Counted from the stretch's first letter, positions 22,854 through 33,006 are shown. The stretch is DNA of 64,000 nucleotides from an uncultured Bacteroidales bacterium (GCA_902784425.1 CACZUS010000009.1:4494-68493); one strand, 5' to 3'. The notes: generated by a model from the letters alone, not told the origin. Numbers and translations: made by a program.

Positions 22854-22860
22854 AATTCAT

Positions 22861-24264
22861 TTAGAATCTAAAATAGATAAACGGATTATATCCGCTAGAA
22901 TTAATAAACACAACAGAACATACAAAAATTGCGAGCAAGAAGAACATCCAACCCCATTGTATGTACGGATTATTGGCACTTCGGTCCAACCATCTCTTTG
23001 CAAGAGGAACAGAGAAGAACACGGCCAATAAGAATACAAGCATATTCATAGGAGTCAGCAACATATTCAGCTGATAAACAGCCTCCGAGCCTCCCAATGA
23101 AAAGGAAAAGAGTTTCCCAATGTATTTAAATGCGAGAGAGGTTGAATCTGCTCTGAAGAAGACCCAACCGATCACCACCACCAGCAATGTATAGAGATGT
23201 TGTAACGCCAAAGGGGCCTTTTCCAACAGCTTACCCAATCCGATTCTTTCTAACACCAAAAAGAACCCATGAAACAAGCCCCATACTAAAAAATGCCAAC
23301 TGGCACCATGCCACAAGCCAGTGACAATAAAGACAATCGTCAGATTAATATATGTACGCGTATTTCCCAATCGGTTTCCACCCAAAGGAATATAAACATA
23401 ATCTTTAAACCACGAGGACATGGAGATGTGCCATCTACGCCAGAAATCTTTTATACTCTTAGCAATGTATGGATAATTAAAGTTTTCCAAAAATTCAAAA
23501 CCAAAGATTCTTCCTAACCCGATAGCCATGTCAGAATAACCAGAAAAATCGAAGAAGATTTGAAGTGTATATGCCAAGATGCCTACCCAGGCAATCAAAG
23601 AGGAGAGTTCGTCCACCTGCATGGCAAAGATGTCATCTGCAACAGTCGCCATAGTATTGGCAATAAGCACCTTCTTTCCCAATCCAATAATAAAGCGCTC
23701 CACACCCGAAGCTATGCGATCCATATTCGCACTGCGATTGCCCATTTGCTTTTCTATATCCGAGTAACGAACAATCGGTCCTGCCACCAACTGAGGGAAC
23801 ATACATAGGTAGGTTGCAAAATTAATGTACTTCTGACTCGGTTCCACCTTCCCATAATAGACATCTATGCAATAGGACAATGCCTGAAAAGTATAAAAAC
23901 TAATACCAATAGGCAATATAATATTCAAGACAGGTATCGGGCAATAGATATGGAGCAAACCAAACATCCATATTATATTGTTTAATGTGAAGTTTAAATA
24001 TTTGAAGCAAAACAAGATTCCTAGATTGACCACCAACGAGAGCAGTATTCCCTTCTTTCGTTCCTTTTGAATCCATTTAGCTACATAATAATTGAAGACG
24101 GATGAAAACATCAGTAAGATGACGAGTTTTCCCTCTCCAAAAGAATAGAAAAAAAGGCTCTCAACCAATAGCGTATAGTTCCTGTATTTAACCGGAGTGA
24201 TAAAATACAACAAAAAAGCTAAAGGAAGAAAGACGAACAGAAAATACAAACTGCTGAATACCAT
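22861..24264 (-). CDS. MBOAT family O-acyltransferase (AlgI/DltB-like)
   Basis: 467-aa polytopic membrane ORF. FWRRWHISMSSWFKDYVYIPLGGNR contains the conserved MBOAT His region. Confidence 0.9.
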   Translation of the reverse strand: MVFSSLYFLFVFLPLAFLLYFITPVKYRNYTLLVESLFFYSFGEGKLVILLMFSSVFNYYVAKWIQKERKKGILLSLVVNLGILFCFKYLNFTLNNIIWMFGLLHIYCPIPVLNIILPIGISFYTFQALSYCIDVYYGKVEPSQKYINFATYLCMFPQLVAGPIVRYSDIEKQMGNRSANMDRIASGVERFIIGLGKKVLIANTMATVADDIFAMQVDELSSLIAWVGILAYTLQIFFDFSGYSDMAIGLGRIFGFEFLENFNYPYIAKSIKDFWRRWHISMSSWFKDYVYIPLGGNRLGNTRTYINLTIVFIVTGLWHGASWHFLVWGLFHGFFLVLERIGLGKLLEKAPLALQHLYTLLVVVIGWVFFRADSTSLAFKYIGKLFSFSLGGSEAVYQLNMLLTPMNMLVFLLAVFFSVPLAKRWLDRSANNPYIQWGWMFFLLAIFVCSVVFINSSGYNPFIYFRF

Positions 24265-24366
24265 AACTATATATCATCTTTTTTGTAAGACCGAATCCAT
24301 TATTAATGCTAAATAAAGGACTCCCATAAATGCACACTTAATCAAAATTCGTGCAAGAATAGTCTG

Positions 24367-24374
24367 CAAATTTA
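24367..24374 (-). promoter_or_regulatory. Candidate TAnnTTTG -7 box for the MBOAT operon
   Basis: Plus caaattta is TAAATTTG on the minus strand, about 103 nt upstream of the ATG at 24264. Confidence 0.3.
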
Positions 24375-24445
24375 TACTATTTTTCTTTTCTTGCAAAGAA
24401 GAAAAAGGAAAAGAGCATGGGACAAGCGATAAAAGGATTTTTTTG

Positions 24446-24476
24446 TTTGTCGGAATAGTGAAAGAACGTATATTTG
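24446..24476 (+). promoter_or_regulatory. Bacteroidota promoter (TTTG-N19-TAnnTTTG) for the acyl-CoA ligase gene
   Basis: TTTG at 24446..24449, a 19-nt spacer, then TATATTTG at 24469..24476. The ATG lies 84 nt downstream. Confidence 0.45.
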
Positions 24477-24559
24477 CCACGACATTTTAACTTAAATACT
24501 AACAAAATCTAACAAAAATGTGAAAATGGCAACATTTTTCACATCTAAAATTTTAAAAC

Positions 24560-26227
24560 ATGAAGTACTACAACGTAGACAATTTCAACGAAATGTTGGA
24601 AAAGTCAATCCGTGAAAACTGGGACATGCCAGCCCTAACCAACTACCTAACCGGTGAGACATTCACGTATGGGAAAATGGCTCAAGCCATAGCAGAAGTA
24701 CACCAATTATTTAAAGAACTTGAGATTGAGGAAGGCGATAAGATTGCATTAGTCGGTAAAAACACACCAGAATGGGCCATTGTATTTTTAGCAACCGTCA
24801 CATATGGTGCTACCATCGTTCCAATCCTTCAAAACTTCCCTATTGATGACATTCACCATATTGTCAACCACTCTGAGTCCAAGTTACTTTTCGTAAGTGA
24901 CAACTTGAAAGAGCAAGTGATGGAAGACCACATGCGCAAGCTAAAATGTATCTATTGCTACACAGAAAAGTATCTGATACATCAAAGTACGAAGAAAGTT
25001 ATCCCTGCGAAGATTCAGGAGCTTCGTGACAAAACAAGCGTTGCCTACCCTAATGGCATACAAAAGGAAGATATTCACTATGCAAAAAGAAAAGGGGATG
25101 ACATATTTGCGCTTAACTACACCTCTGGCACGACCGGATTCAGCAAAGGTGTTTTGCAAACATACGAGAACATACGTGGAAACATTGGATTTGTCATCGA
25201 AAAGAACTTGGCTTACAAAGGAAACAAGATTTTAACCTTCTTGCCATTGGCTCACACCTACGGATGTACATTGGATTTCCTTTCACAAATCACTAATGGC
25301 TCACACATCACCTTCTTAAACAAGATTCCTGCACCACAAATTTTGGTAAAGGCATTCGAAGAGGTGAAACCAAACGTTGTCTTTACTGTTCCTTTGATCG
25401 TAGAGAAGATTTATCGTTCTGTAGCAGAGCCAATTATTACGAAACACGCAGCCTTCATGAGTGAAGAGGAGTTGAAAGCAAGCATCTATCCAAAGGTACG
25501 CAACATGATGATTCAGATATTCGGAGGCAATTTCAAACAAGTGATTATTGGAGGTGCGCCTTTGAATGCAGAAATTGAAGAGAGTTTGACGAAACTAGAG
25601 TTCCCATTTGCTGTAGGATATGGTATGACAGAGTGTTCTCCACTGATTAGTTTTGTCAACCTAGAAGAGTTTGTGCCAAAATCAGTGGGCAAACCGCTAC
25701 GCAACATGGAAGTTCGTATCGACTCGGAAGATGAGGAAAACATTGCAGGTGAAATTTTGGTTAAAGGCCAAAACATCACACCTGGTTATTATAAGAATCC
25801 AACCGAAACAGCTAAAACATTTGACGAAGATGGATGGTTCCATACAGGTGACATTGGAACACTTAGCAAAGATGGCTATCTATTCATCAAAGGAAGATGC
25901 AAGACGATGATATTAGGTCCTTCCGGACAGAACATCTATCCAGAAGCATTGGAGGCTAAACTGACCAATATGCCATTTGTTTCTGAGTGTTTGATTGTAG
26001 AGAAGGAAGGCAAGCTGATTGCATTGGTATATCCAGACATGCGCGCCATGGATGAGATCAACATTCAGAAGGAAGATTTGCAAGGCATTATGGATGAAAA
26101 CAAAAAGAAATTCAACCAAGCCGTTGCCAATTACGAGCAGATATCAGAGATCATCCTCTACCCCAACGAATTTGAAAAGACTCCAAAGAAGAATATCAAA
26201 CGATATTTGTATGAGAGTCACAAATAA
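24560..26227 (+). CDS. AMP-dependent synthetase/ligase (long-chain fatty acid-CoA ligase-like)
   Basis: 555 aa. Motifs YTSGTTGFSKGV, GYGMTEC, GWFHTGDIG. Confidence 0.9.
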   Translation: MKYYNVDNFNEMLEKSIRENWDMPALTNYLTGETFTYGKMAQAIAEVHQLFKELEIEEGDKIALVGKNTPEWAIVFLATVTYGATIVPILQNFPIDDIHHIVNHSESKLLFVSDNLKEQVMEDHMRKLKCIYCYTEKYLIHQSTKKVIPAKIQELRDKTSVAYPNGIQKEDIHYAKRKGDDIFALNYTSGTTGFSKGVLQTYENIRGNIGFVIEKNLAYKGNKILTFLPLAHTYGCTLDFLSQITNGSHITFLNKIPAPQILVKAFEEVKPNVVFTVPLIVEKIYRSVAEPIITKHAAFMSEEELKASIYPKVRNMMIQIFGGNFKQVIIGGAPLNAEIEESLTKLEFPFAVGYGMTECSPLISFVNLEEFVPKSVGKPLRNMEVRIDSEDEENIAGEILVKGQNITPGYYKNPTETAKTFDEDGWFHTGDIGTLSKDGYLFIKGRCKTMILGPSGQNIYPEALEAKLTNMPFVSECLIVEKEGKLIALVYPDMRAMDEINIQKEDLQGIMDENKKKFNQAVANYEQISEIILYPNEFEKTPKKNIKRYLYESHK

Positions 26228-26239
26228 ACATCATTTAAA

Positions 26240-26977
26240 ATGATCAGGAAAACAGTTATAGTTCTTGCGTTCATAGCCGGAGTCGTCAGCACCGAGGCGA
26301 AAGCGCAAGAACTTGCTTTTGATAAGAGCAACATAGCAACACAAGATTCATTGTCACAAAACGAGGAGATCAACGCAACAAACGATTCGAAGAAGAGTCG
26401 TTTCGGTCTATATGTAGGAGGTGCATTTTCTCTGCTTACGGGCTACGGAAATAAAGATAAAGTTCCCGAATGGGAAGAGTATGATTCACAAATGCGAAAA
26501 GGGAAATCCTTTTATCTGGCTTTCGTCGGCAAACCTGTTCGCAAACTGGAGGTGGGTGGATTAGTCAAATTTGGCATGCGATCCGTTCAATGCACAGTAG
26601 AATCACAATACGACGAATCTTCCACTTACTGTGAAGAGAACATATCGACACTCTATGCGGGATTCTGTGCCATTTACAAAAACAATTTCGGTTGCAACGT
26701 GGGTCATTTTACAGCGAAAGCCTCTCTGGGTGCCTTGTATTATGTCAACGATTGGGTACGAGACGAAAGATCCTGGCGTGCAGAATCTTATTCAATCGAC
26801 GCAATTTTATCTATTGGTTACCTATTCAACCTCACAAGAAATGGTCGTATTGCCTGCGGACCTTATATAATGAATCATTATGGGTTGCCCTTCAGTATAA
26901 TGAGTGGCGATTTCTGTTTTTACCCTACGCAAAATCCATCCTTCGATTTTGGATTGGCGTTTAATTTCAATTTCTAG
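26240..26977 (+). CDS. Putative outer-membrane beta-barrel protein (hypothetical)
   Basis: 245 aa with signal peptide MIRKTVIVLAFIAGVVSTEAKAQ, alternating hydrophobic segments and a C-terminal ...GLAFNFNF ending in Phe. Confidence 0.5.
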   Translation: MIRKTVIVLAFIAGVVSTEAKAQELAFDKSNIATQDSLSQNEEINATNDSKKSRFGLYVGGAFSLLTGYGNKDKVPEWEEYDSQMRKGKSFYLAFVGKPVRKLEVGGLVKFGMRSVQCTVESQYDESSTYCEENISTLYAGFCAIYKNNFGCNVGHFTAKASLGALYYVNDWVRDERSWRAESYSIDAILSIGYLFNLTRNGRIACGPYIMNHYGLPFSIMSGDFCFYPTQNPSFDFGLAFNFNF

Positions 26978-27070
26978 CATAAAACGGGTTCTAATTCTGT
27001 AAGGACACGGAGTACGCGTCCGGCGTATAAAGTGGTCGAAAAGCAAATAGCAAAGCAATCAGATAGCAAT

Positions 27071-27110
27071 AAAAAAATCCGCAATGCGAGTTTTTAACTC
27101 GCACTGCGGA
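27071..27110 (-). terminator. Rho-independent terminator of the 27133..29488 operon
   Basis: Stem tccgcaatgcgag / ctcgcactgcgga (one mismatch), followed on the minus strand by T7. Confidence 0.65.
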
Positions 27111-27132
27111 TAATCATATATTATCATATTGT

Positions 27133-29016
27133 TTATCTGGTCACTACACCTTCCGTCGCTTGTGAGAAATCAACCACAAACTCATCTCCATCTACGATGA
27201 AGCGGTATTTCTCTTTTTTCAATCCCTGCACCTTCGTGGTAATATCATATACACATTGACATCTACAAATATCTCCAGTTTGATATCCCTTGATGACAAT
27301 GACACCCTCCTCAAAATTCGTCGACGACCCCACTTCACCACAACAGGTGAGATTTACATCATAGGAGACAATAATACACTCCCCTGTTTTAGGATCATAT
27401 TTATAAGAGACTAACGTATCTGCACTCTCCGAACGACTACCTACATACATAAGACCTCCTCTTGTCTGATCTGGCTCTTTATCCGCCTCTACGTCACTGC
27501 CACCCTTGCATGGACTACTCTTCACAAACACACCATTTGGCTCATTCATGATTACTCCCTTATAAATAATCGCTGAAATAGGGCTATAATCCATATCAAA
27601 CTCCGTTCCATCAACAATAAAGTGATATTTCCGAGGTTGCAAACCGTACAATTTAGTGGTTACATCAAACGTACACATACACTTACAAGCCACATCTGCC
27701 TTGTCTATGGTTTTTATAATAATCGTATCATTCTGAATACTTACCTTAGAATCCAATTCTGCACAACAGTTATAGAGCAAATTGTGTGATACAACCTCAC
27801 CCTCACCCGTTAACACATTAAACCAATAAGAAACCAAGGTATCTGATTTCTCATGTCTTATCGTCGTTGGTTCTTCAATCTCCACTCCTTTTTCATTGTC
27901 GAACAAGGAATTCTTACATTCGCTACTTTTGAAGAACATGCCTCTTTCTCCTCTGAGAATAACAAATTTTTCTCCATAAGCATAGGATGTCATATCAACA
28001 ACGAACTCTGTTCCATCCACCACAAAAATGTATTTTTTGTTCTTTAGGTTCTCCACTTTTGTGGTAACATCATACAAACAGTCGCAACTGCACATTGCTT
28101 CCGTCTCATACGAATTAATATAGACAGTATCCTTCGAAACTCTCACTTTAGATTCTATCTTTCCTGGACAGCAATTGAATTCTCTATCATGCGACACTAC
28201 CAGACATGTTCCATAATCCATTGTATAAGTTACCAAAGTATCTCCTTTAGGCAAATAACCATCGTCAAAGGAAGTTACATAATTGTCATGATCTTCAGAT
28301 CCTTCACTTTCATATATATTACTTTTACATGGACTGTTCTTCACAAATACGCCTGTTGGGACATCCAGGAAGAATCCCTCTGGTGTTTGCGACAAATCAA
28401 TATCATAGTTTTTGCCATCTAATTTCAAACGATATTTTTTTGCCTCGATGTTTTTCAACTCAACAGCTAAATCAAACCGACAGATGCAATTGCATATATC
28501 ATACCCCTTTTGTACGGGTTGAACATCTATAGTATCCTTCACAGTGGCAAGATTCATAGTCCAGCCTTCTCCACAACAATTTCCAGGATAAGAAATAAGT
28601 TTAAGAGTCAATTGTTTCTGTTTTGGATCATACTTATAAGTGAGAATGGTGTCGTTTTCAGCACTTTCCACAAACGGATTCATTGGGCTATTACTATTAC
28701 TACCCATCGAATTATCTAAATCTTCACCGGCGCTGCATCCACCAACTCTTTTTATTGTTCCATTAACGCCTTGTTTGTCTGAGAAATAAACTCGATCTAT
28801 ATTTTCTGCTTGATAAGCATATCTATAATGTTTATTGGCATAGATAACCACCTGACGAGAAGAATCAACATGGGCAACAGAATCAATCATATTTACATCA
28901 TAAGCATGTTTGATACTATCACCATTTAAAATCTCATCGACAAACATTGTTTGTGCGTATGAAACCGAAACACCGCACATCAAAGCCATAAGGCTTGTTA
29001 GTATATATTTTTTCAT
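27133..29016 (-). CDS. Secreted protein with four tandem ~120-aa Cys-rich repeats (CC...CxCxC), unknown family
   Basis: 627 aa with signal peptide MKKYILTSLMALMCGVSVSYA. It has four units of the form F.K.S.CK...DTLV[ST]Y...CC......C.C.C.[FY]D[VIL]..K...L...KY.F.VDG.EF..D. Confidence 0.8.
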   Translation of the reverse strand: MKKYILTSLMALMCGVSVSYAQTMFVDEILNGDSIKHAYDVNMIDSVAHVDSSRQVVIYANKHYRYAYQAENIDRVYFSDKQGVNGTIKRVGGCSAGEDLDNSMGSNSNSPMNPFVESAENDTILTYKYDPKQKQLTLKLISYPGNCCGEGWTMNLATVKDTIDVQPVQKGYDICNCICRFDLAVELKNIEAKKYRLKLDGKNYDIDLSQTPEGFFLDVPTGVFVKNSPCKSNIYESEGSEDHDNYVTSFDDGYLPKGDTLVTYTMDYGTCLVVSHDREFNCCPGKIESKVRVSKDTVYINSYETEAMCSCDCLYDVTTKVENLKNKKYIFVVDGTEFVVDMTSYAYGEKFVILRGERGMFFKSSECKNSLFDNEKGVEIEEPTTIRHEKSDTLVSYWFNVLTGEGEVVSHNLLYNCCAELDSKVSIQNDTIIIKTIDKADVACKCMCTFDVTTKLYGLQPRKYHFIVDGTEFDMDYSPISAIIYKGVIMNEPNGVFVKSSPCKGGSDVEADKEPDQTRGGLMYVGSRSESADTLVSYKYDPKTGECIIVSYDVNLTCCGEVGSSTNFEEGVIVIKGYQTGDICRCQCVYDITTKVQGLKKEKYRFIVDGDEFVVDFSQATEGVVTR

Positions 29017-29020
29017 ACGC

Positions 29021-29488
29021 TTACTCCTTTATAAGTTTAACAATCTGCTCATTGATTTTCAAAACATAGACACCTTTTGTATTAGGCAAGGTCAACTGAA
29101 CAACTTCACCTGCTTGAGAAGACTTTATCTCTATCAGTTGTCCCAATACAGAGAAAAGAGCCACTTGAGAATTTTCCTTTAATCCTTCAATTTGAATGTG
29201 TTGATTATCCAAGTATGTAACACGCACCTCGTTTGATTCAACACTCGGCATTTTCGCCAAATCTCCATCTTCAAAATAATACTTTCTGACTTGTGCAAAC
29301 GGATATGTCGTAGAGGCACTTCCATTAATTACCAAACTATCATTTTTATATTGGAAAGTCGGAGACTCTGCCAACACAAATGATTTTTTTGTAAAATCAC
29401 TGAATTCAACCGTTACCTGAGACGGTTCCGCGAGCATGGAACTACCAAGTCCCATCATACTCAATAAAATTAAACTTGTCTTTTTCAT
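29021..29488 (-). CDS. Small secreted protein with T9SS type-A C-terminal sorting domain
   Basis: 155 aa with a signal peptide. C-terminus VALFSVLGQLIEIKSSQAGEVVQLTLPNTKGVYVLKINEQIVKLIKE is Por_Secre_tail-like. There is a 4-nt gap to the next gene. Confidence 0.7.
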   Translation of the reverse strand: MKKTSLILLSMMGLGSSMLAEPSQVTVEFSDFTKKSFVLAESPTFQYKNDSLVINGSASTTYPFAQVRKYYFEDGDLAKMPSVESNEVRVTYLDNQHIQIEGLKENSQVALFSVLGQLIEIKSSQAGEVVQLTLPNTKGVYVLKINEQIVKLIKE

Positions 29489-29862
29489 GATAACACCATT
29501 TTATAAATATACCATTAAAAAAAATATCAGACCCCAAAAAATCCCCATCAAAACAATTACAAAGAAAAACATTTTATTTCAAACAAACAAAGAAATATTT
29601 ATTTATTTCGTGAATTTGAGAAAATTTCACACGGTCATTATTTAAACCTACGAGAAAACAAAGAACGACATATTCCATTTTTCAACGAAAGTGCATTTTT
29701 TATCTACGAACGTAAAAAAACAGTTCATAAACCACCGAAAAAAGGGTGAAAAACATAGCAAAATATAGGGTTTTCCCCCTGTTTTTATTCCATGTAAAAT
29801 AACCCACATATTAAAAAATATGTAACTTTATGCCGTAAAAACCACAAATACACCAATCGCTT

Positions 29863-32800
29863 ATGGTAACAAAATATACAAAAAAGATTCTGGCATTATT
29901 TCTCCTATGTGGAAGCATAGTTAGCAGTTCAGCCATTCAGATGAACGAAGTGATGCCTTGCAATTTGTCGACGTATATGAACACCGACAATTATAATTTC
30001 TCGGGCTTCATCGAATTCACAAACGATCAGTCCCAAAGTGTGAATTTAAGAGGATACACCCTAATTCATTACAAGAAGGGGTCTAAAAAATATTCTGAAA
30101 AGTGGACATGGCAAATCCAAAACGATTGTATGGTAAATGCCAACACCTATACATTAATATGGTTTGACGAGAGCGATCGGGCTAACCATTCGCCCTACAA
30201 ACTCGATGCTGACGGTGGTTACCTCTTGTTAAAGAACGGCAACACGCTGGTCGATTCTATCGCCTACGATGCTCAAACCGCACATATATCCTATGGTCGT
30301 TATGGAAACACAACAGGTTATATGGAACCTACTCCAGGCGCGGCAAATACCACTGCCTATGCAGAACTGACTCGATGCCAAGCTCCTGAGTTCAGTGAAA
30401 AAGGAGGATTGAAACATGGAAATGTAAACCTACAATTGAGTTGTGCAACTGCTGGTGCTACCATACGTTACACCACAGATGGTAGCGAGCCTACCCAACA
30501 AAGCAACATCTACAATTCATCTATAAACATCAACAGCAATACTAGCGTACGTGCGAAAGCCTTCGCTAATAATATGTTGCCAAGTGAGATTGCCACCCAC
30601 TCATATATTTATGCTGATAATGATCATAATGGGTGCGGAGGCGTTACCATTCCAGTCGTTTCCCTTACCGTGGAAGACCGTTATTTCAACGACAATACCG
30701 TGGGTATGTATGTGACAGGCTCAAATGGTTCAACTGGTGATAAAACATGTACCATGATGCGCGCCAACTACAACAACGATTGGACGCGCCCTGTCAATTT
30801 CGAATACTTCGTTAATGGACAACAAGTACTTTCTCAAGAGTTGGAAGCTGCCATCGAAGGTGGTTGTTCAAGAACATATACAGTGAAATCACTTTCACTG
30901 AAAGCTTCAAAAAAGACAGGTAAGAACCTTGTCAACTACCACTTCTTCGGTACAAAACCTGATCTCTACACTCAAACCATTTATTTAAGAAATGGTGGTC
31001 AAGGTGCTGACGCAGGCATGGGCATGTGGGGAGGCTTCGACTTTGGTGGAGAAGGTGGCATGTTCGGTCCTGGTCAAGGCGGATTTAACCAAGGCGGACA
31101 ACCTGGCGGATTTAATCAAGGTGGACAACCTGGTGGACAACAAAATGGTCAAAAGAGCGACAAAGTAAAATTCAGAGATGCCCTAATGCAGGCTTACTGC
31201 ACCAATATGAACATTGACTATCAAGCTTACCAACCGGTAGCTTATTACCTCAATGGACAATATTTGGGACTAATGGCATTGATGGAGCGTACCAATGCAA
31301 GCTACGTAGAGGCAAACCATGGTGTCAATGAGGAGGATTTGGATTTGATTACCCTTTCCGACCAAAAAGGTATCGGTGTTTCAAAAGGAACCCTCGACGC
31401 CTACAACGAATTGGTTTCGTATGTGGAGAGCTCAGACAACACCACTCCTGAATTCTATGCAGGTGCCTGCAAGCGTATGGACATGGACGAATATCTAGAA
31501 TACCAAGTATTCCAACAGTTCATCTGCAATGCCGACTGGCCAGGTAACAATACAAAGATCTGGAGAGAAAGAAAAGACGGTTCTCGTTTCCGTTGGATTG
31601 TCTTCGATACAGATTATGGATGCGGACATGATGGTGCATTGAATAGCGCAAGTGATATGATCACCTACTGTAGAGGAGAAGGTAAAACGAATTGGGGTAA
31701 CCAACAGACATGGATGACCACCATATTCAAACACTTGAGCAATAATCCTCAGTTTGCTAAAAAATTCACGACAAAATATCTTTGTCACCTATCAACGACC
31801 TTCACGGAAAACCGCATTAGAGCCGTTTACGACAGTATCACAAGTCTTGTGGAGGCAGAATACTGTGCCGACATGAACAAATCAGCTAAAGAGGCTGCAA
31901 ACACTATGTTGACCTTCTTATTGGAGAGACCTGCGAACATATTGCAACATCTTCAAACCTATGCGGGAACTGGAGCTGCTGTCGAATTTGAATTGAAGTC
32001 AAATGTTGCAGGCGCTCACTTCACGATAAACGGAGAATCGGTAACTGGATTTAAAGGCAAGTACTTGGCTGAATTCGCTACAGACTTCATGGCCTACCCT
32101 CCTACTGGTTACAAATTCGACCACTGGGAAATCCAAGGTCAGTTTAACGAGACTGATAAGAAGGAGTCCTGCGTCACAAACTTGCCTGGTGAACTGAGCG
32201 GTTCGTTGACAAGCACATGTACTATAACTGCAGTCTTCTCACCAAGCAATTACGAATACACGCTTGTAATCAACGAGATGTGTGCAAGCAGTGACCAACG
32301 TTCAGGCAATGCCGACGAGTATGGAAAATATCCAGACTGGATTGAGGTCTACAACTACGGAAACGAGCCTATCGACTTGGCAGGTCTCTACTTCTCAAAC
32401 AAAGCAAATGAATTGGATCTCAGCCAAATTGTATACGGAAGCAAGTCAACCATTGTAGAAAGCAAACAGCGTGTTCTAGTATGGGCAAACAGCGATCCTG
32501 TTGATGGTCCACTCTACCTCAACTTCAATATGAATGTAGACAAGTCAAAGACCATCTATTTGAGCAATGCTTCGGGTGAAATCATTTCATTGGCCTCATA
32601 CGAGCCACATGACGTCAACGAATCATTTGGTTACCAATCCGACAACACTGGCGACTGGATATTGTTCGAGTCATGCAACAAAATCACATCTACTCCAGGC
32701 AAAGCAAACGGTACGATTAAATGCGGCGATGTAAGTGTAATCGAAACCCAAATTTCTGAGTCTCTGTCTATGTATCCTAATCCTGCATACAGTGAGGTGA

Positions 32801-32985
32801 CAATCAGTTCGAAATCGTTGATCACCAACGTTCGCATCTGTGATTTGAATGGTAGAACATTATTAGAATACACTCCTAAAGAGAGCGAACTCAGAATCGA
32901 TTTAAGAACAATCAGTCAAGGTGTTTACATTGTACGAATCGAATGCGAAGATGGTGTATTCAATGAGAAGTTGATTAAGCAATAA
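29863..32985 (+). CDS. CotH kinase family protein with two lamin-tail (LTD) domains and T9SS type-A C-terminal domain
   Basis: 1040 aa. CotH-like core (LMALMERTNASYVEAN..., FQQFICNADWPGNNTKIWRE). LTD-like segments sit near both ends (IQMNEVMP...; LVINEMCASS...PDWIEVYNYG). C-terminal MYPNPAYSEVTI...GVYIVRIE...KLIKQ. Confidence 0.85.
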   Translation: MVTKYTKKILALFLLCGSIVSSSAIQMNEVMPCNLSTYMNTDNYNFSGFIEFTNDQSQSVNLRGYTLIHYKKGSKKYSEKWTWQIQNDCMVNANTYTLIWFDESDRANHSPYKLDADGGYLLLKNGNTLVDSIAYDAQTAHISYGRYGNTTGYMEPTPGAANTTAYAELTRCQAPEFSEKGGLKHGNVNLQLSCATAGATIRYTTDGSEPTQQSNIYNSSININSNTSVRAKAFANNMLPSEIATHSYIYADNDHNGCGGVTIPVVSLTVEDRYFNDNTVGMYVTGSNGSTGDKTCTMMRANYNNDWTRPVNFEYFVNGQQVLSQELEAAIEGGCSRTYTVKSLSLKASKKTGKNLVNYHFFGTKPDLYTQTIYLRNGGQGADAGMGMWGGFDFGGEGGMFGPGQGGFNQGGQPGGFNQGGQPGGQQNGQKSDKVKFRDALMQAYCTNMNIDYQAYQPVAYYLNGQYLGLMALMERTNASYVEANHGVNEEDLDLITLSDQKGIGVSKGTLDAYNELVSYVESSDNTTPEFYAGACKRMDMDEYLEYQVFQQFICNADWPGNNTKIWRERKDGSRFRWIVFDTDYGCGHDGALNSASDMITYCRGEGKTNWGNQQTWMTTIFKHLSNNPQFAKKFTTKYLCHLSTTFTENRIRAVYDSITSLVEAEYCADMNKSAKEAANTMLTFLLERPANILQHLQTYAGTGAAVEFELKSNVAGAHFTINGESVTGFKGKYLAEFATDFMAYPPTGYKFDHWEIQGQFNETDKKESCVTNLPGELSGSLTSTCTITAVFSPSNYEYTLVINEMCASSDQRSGNADEYGKYPDWIEVYNYGNEPIDLAGLYFSNKANELDLSQIVYGSKSTIVESKQRVLVWANSDPVDGPLYLNFNMNVDKSKTIYLSNASGEIISLASYEPHDVNESFGYQSDNTGDWILFESCNKITSTPGKANGTIKCGDVSVIETQISESLSMYPNPAYSEVTISSKSLITNVRICDLNGRTLLEYTPKESELRIDLRTISQGVYIVRIECEDGVFNEKLIKQ
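31078..31131 (+). repeat. 27-bp x2 tandem repeat encoding GGFNQGGQP within a Gly/Gln-rich low-complexity insert of the CotH gene
   Basis: ggcggatttaaccaaggcggacaacct / ggcggatttaatcaaggtggacaacct. The surrounding peptide is GGQGADAGMGMWGGFDFGGEGGMFGPGQGGFNQGGQPGGFNQGGQPGGQQNGQ. Confidence 0.85.
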
Positions 32986-33006
32986 GCAAAACAAAACAAG
33001 AAGGCA

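Noticed and set aside
24274-24480. 68-aa minus-strand ORF upstream of the MBOAT gene (possible small DltX/DltC-like partner)
   Set aside because: Its sequence has no acyl-carrier or DltX-like motif. It spans the divergent promoter region, which contains two TAnnTTTG boxes, so it is probably non-coding.
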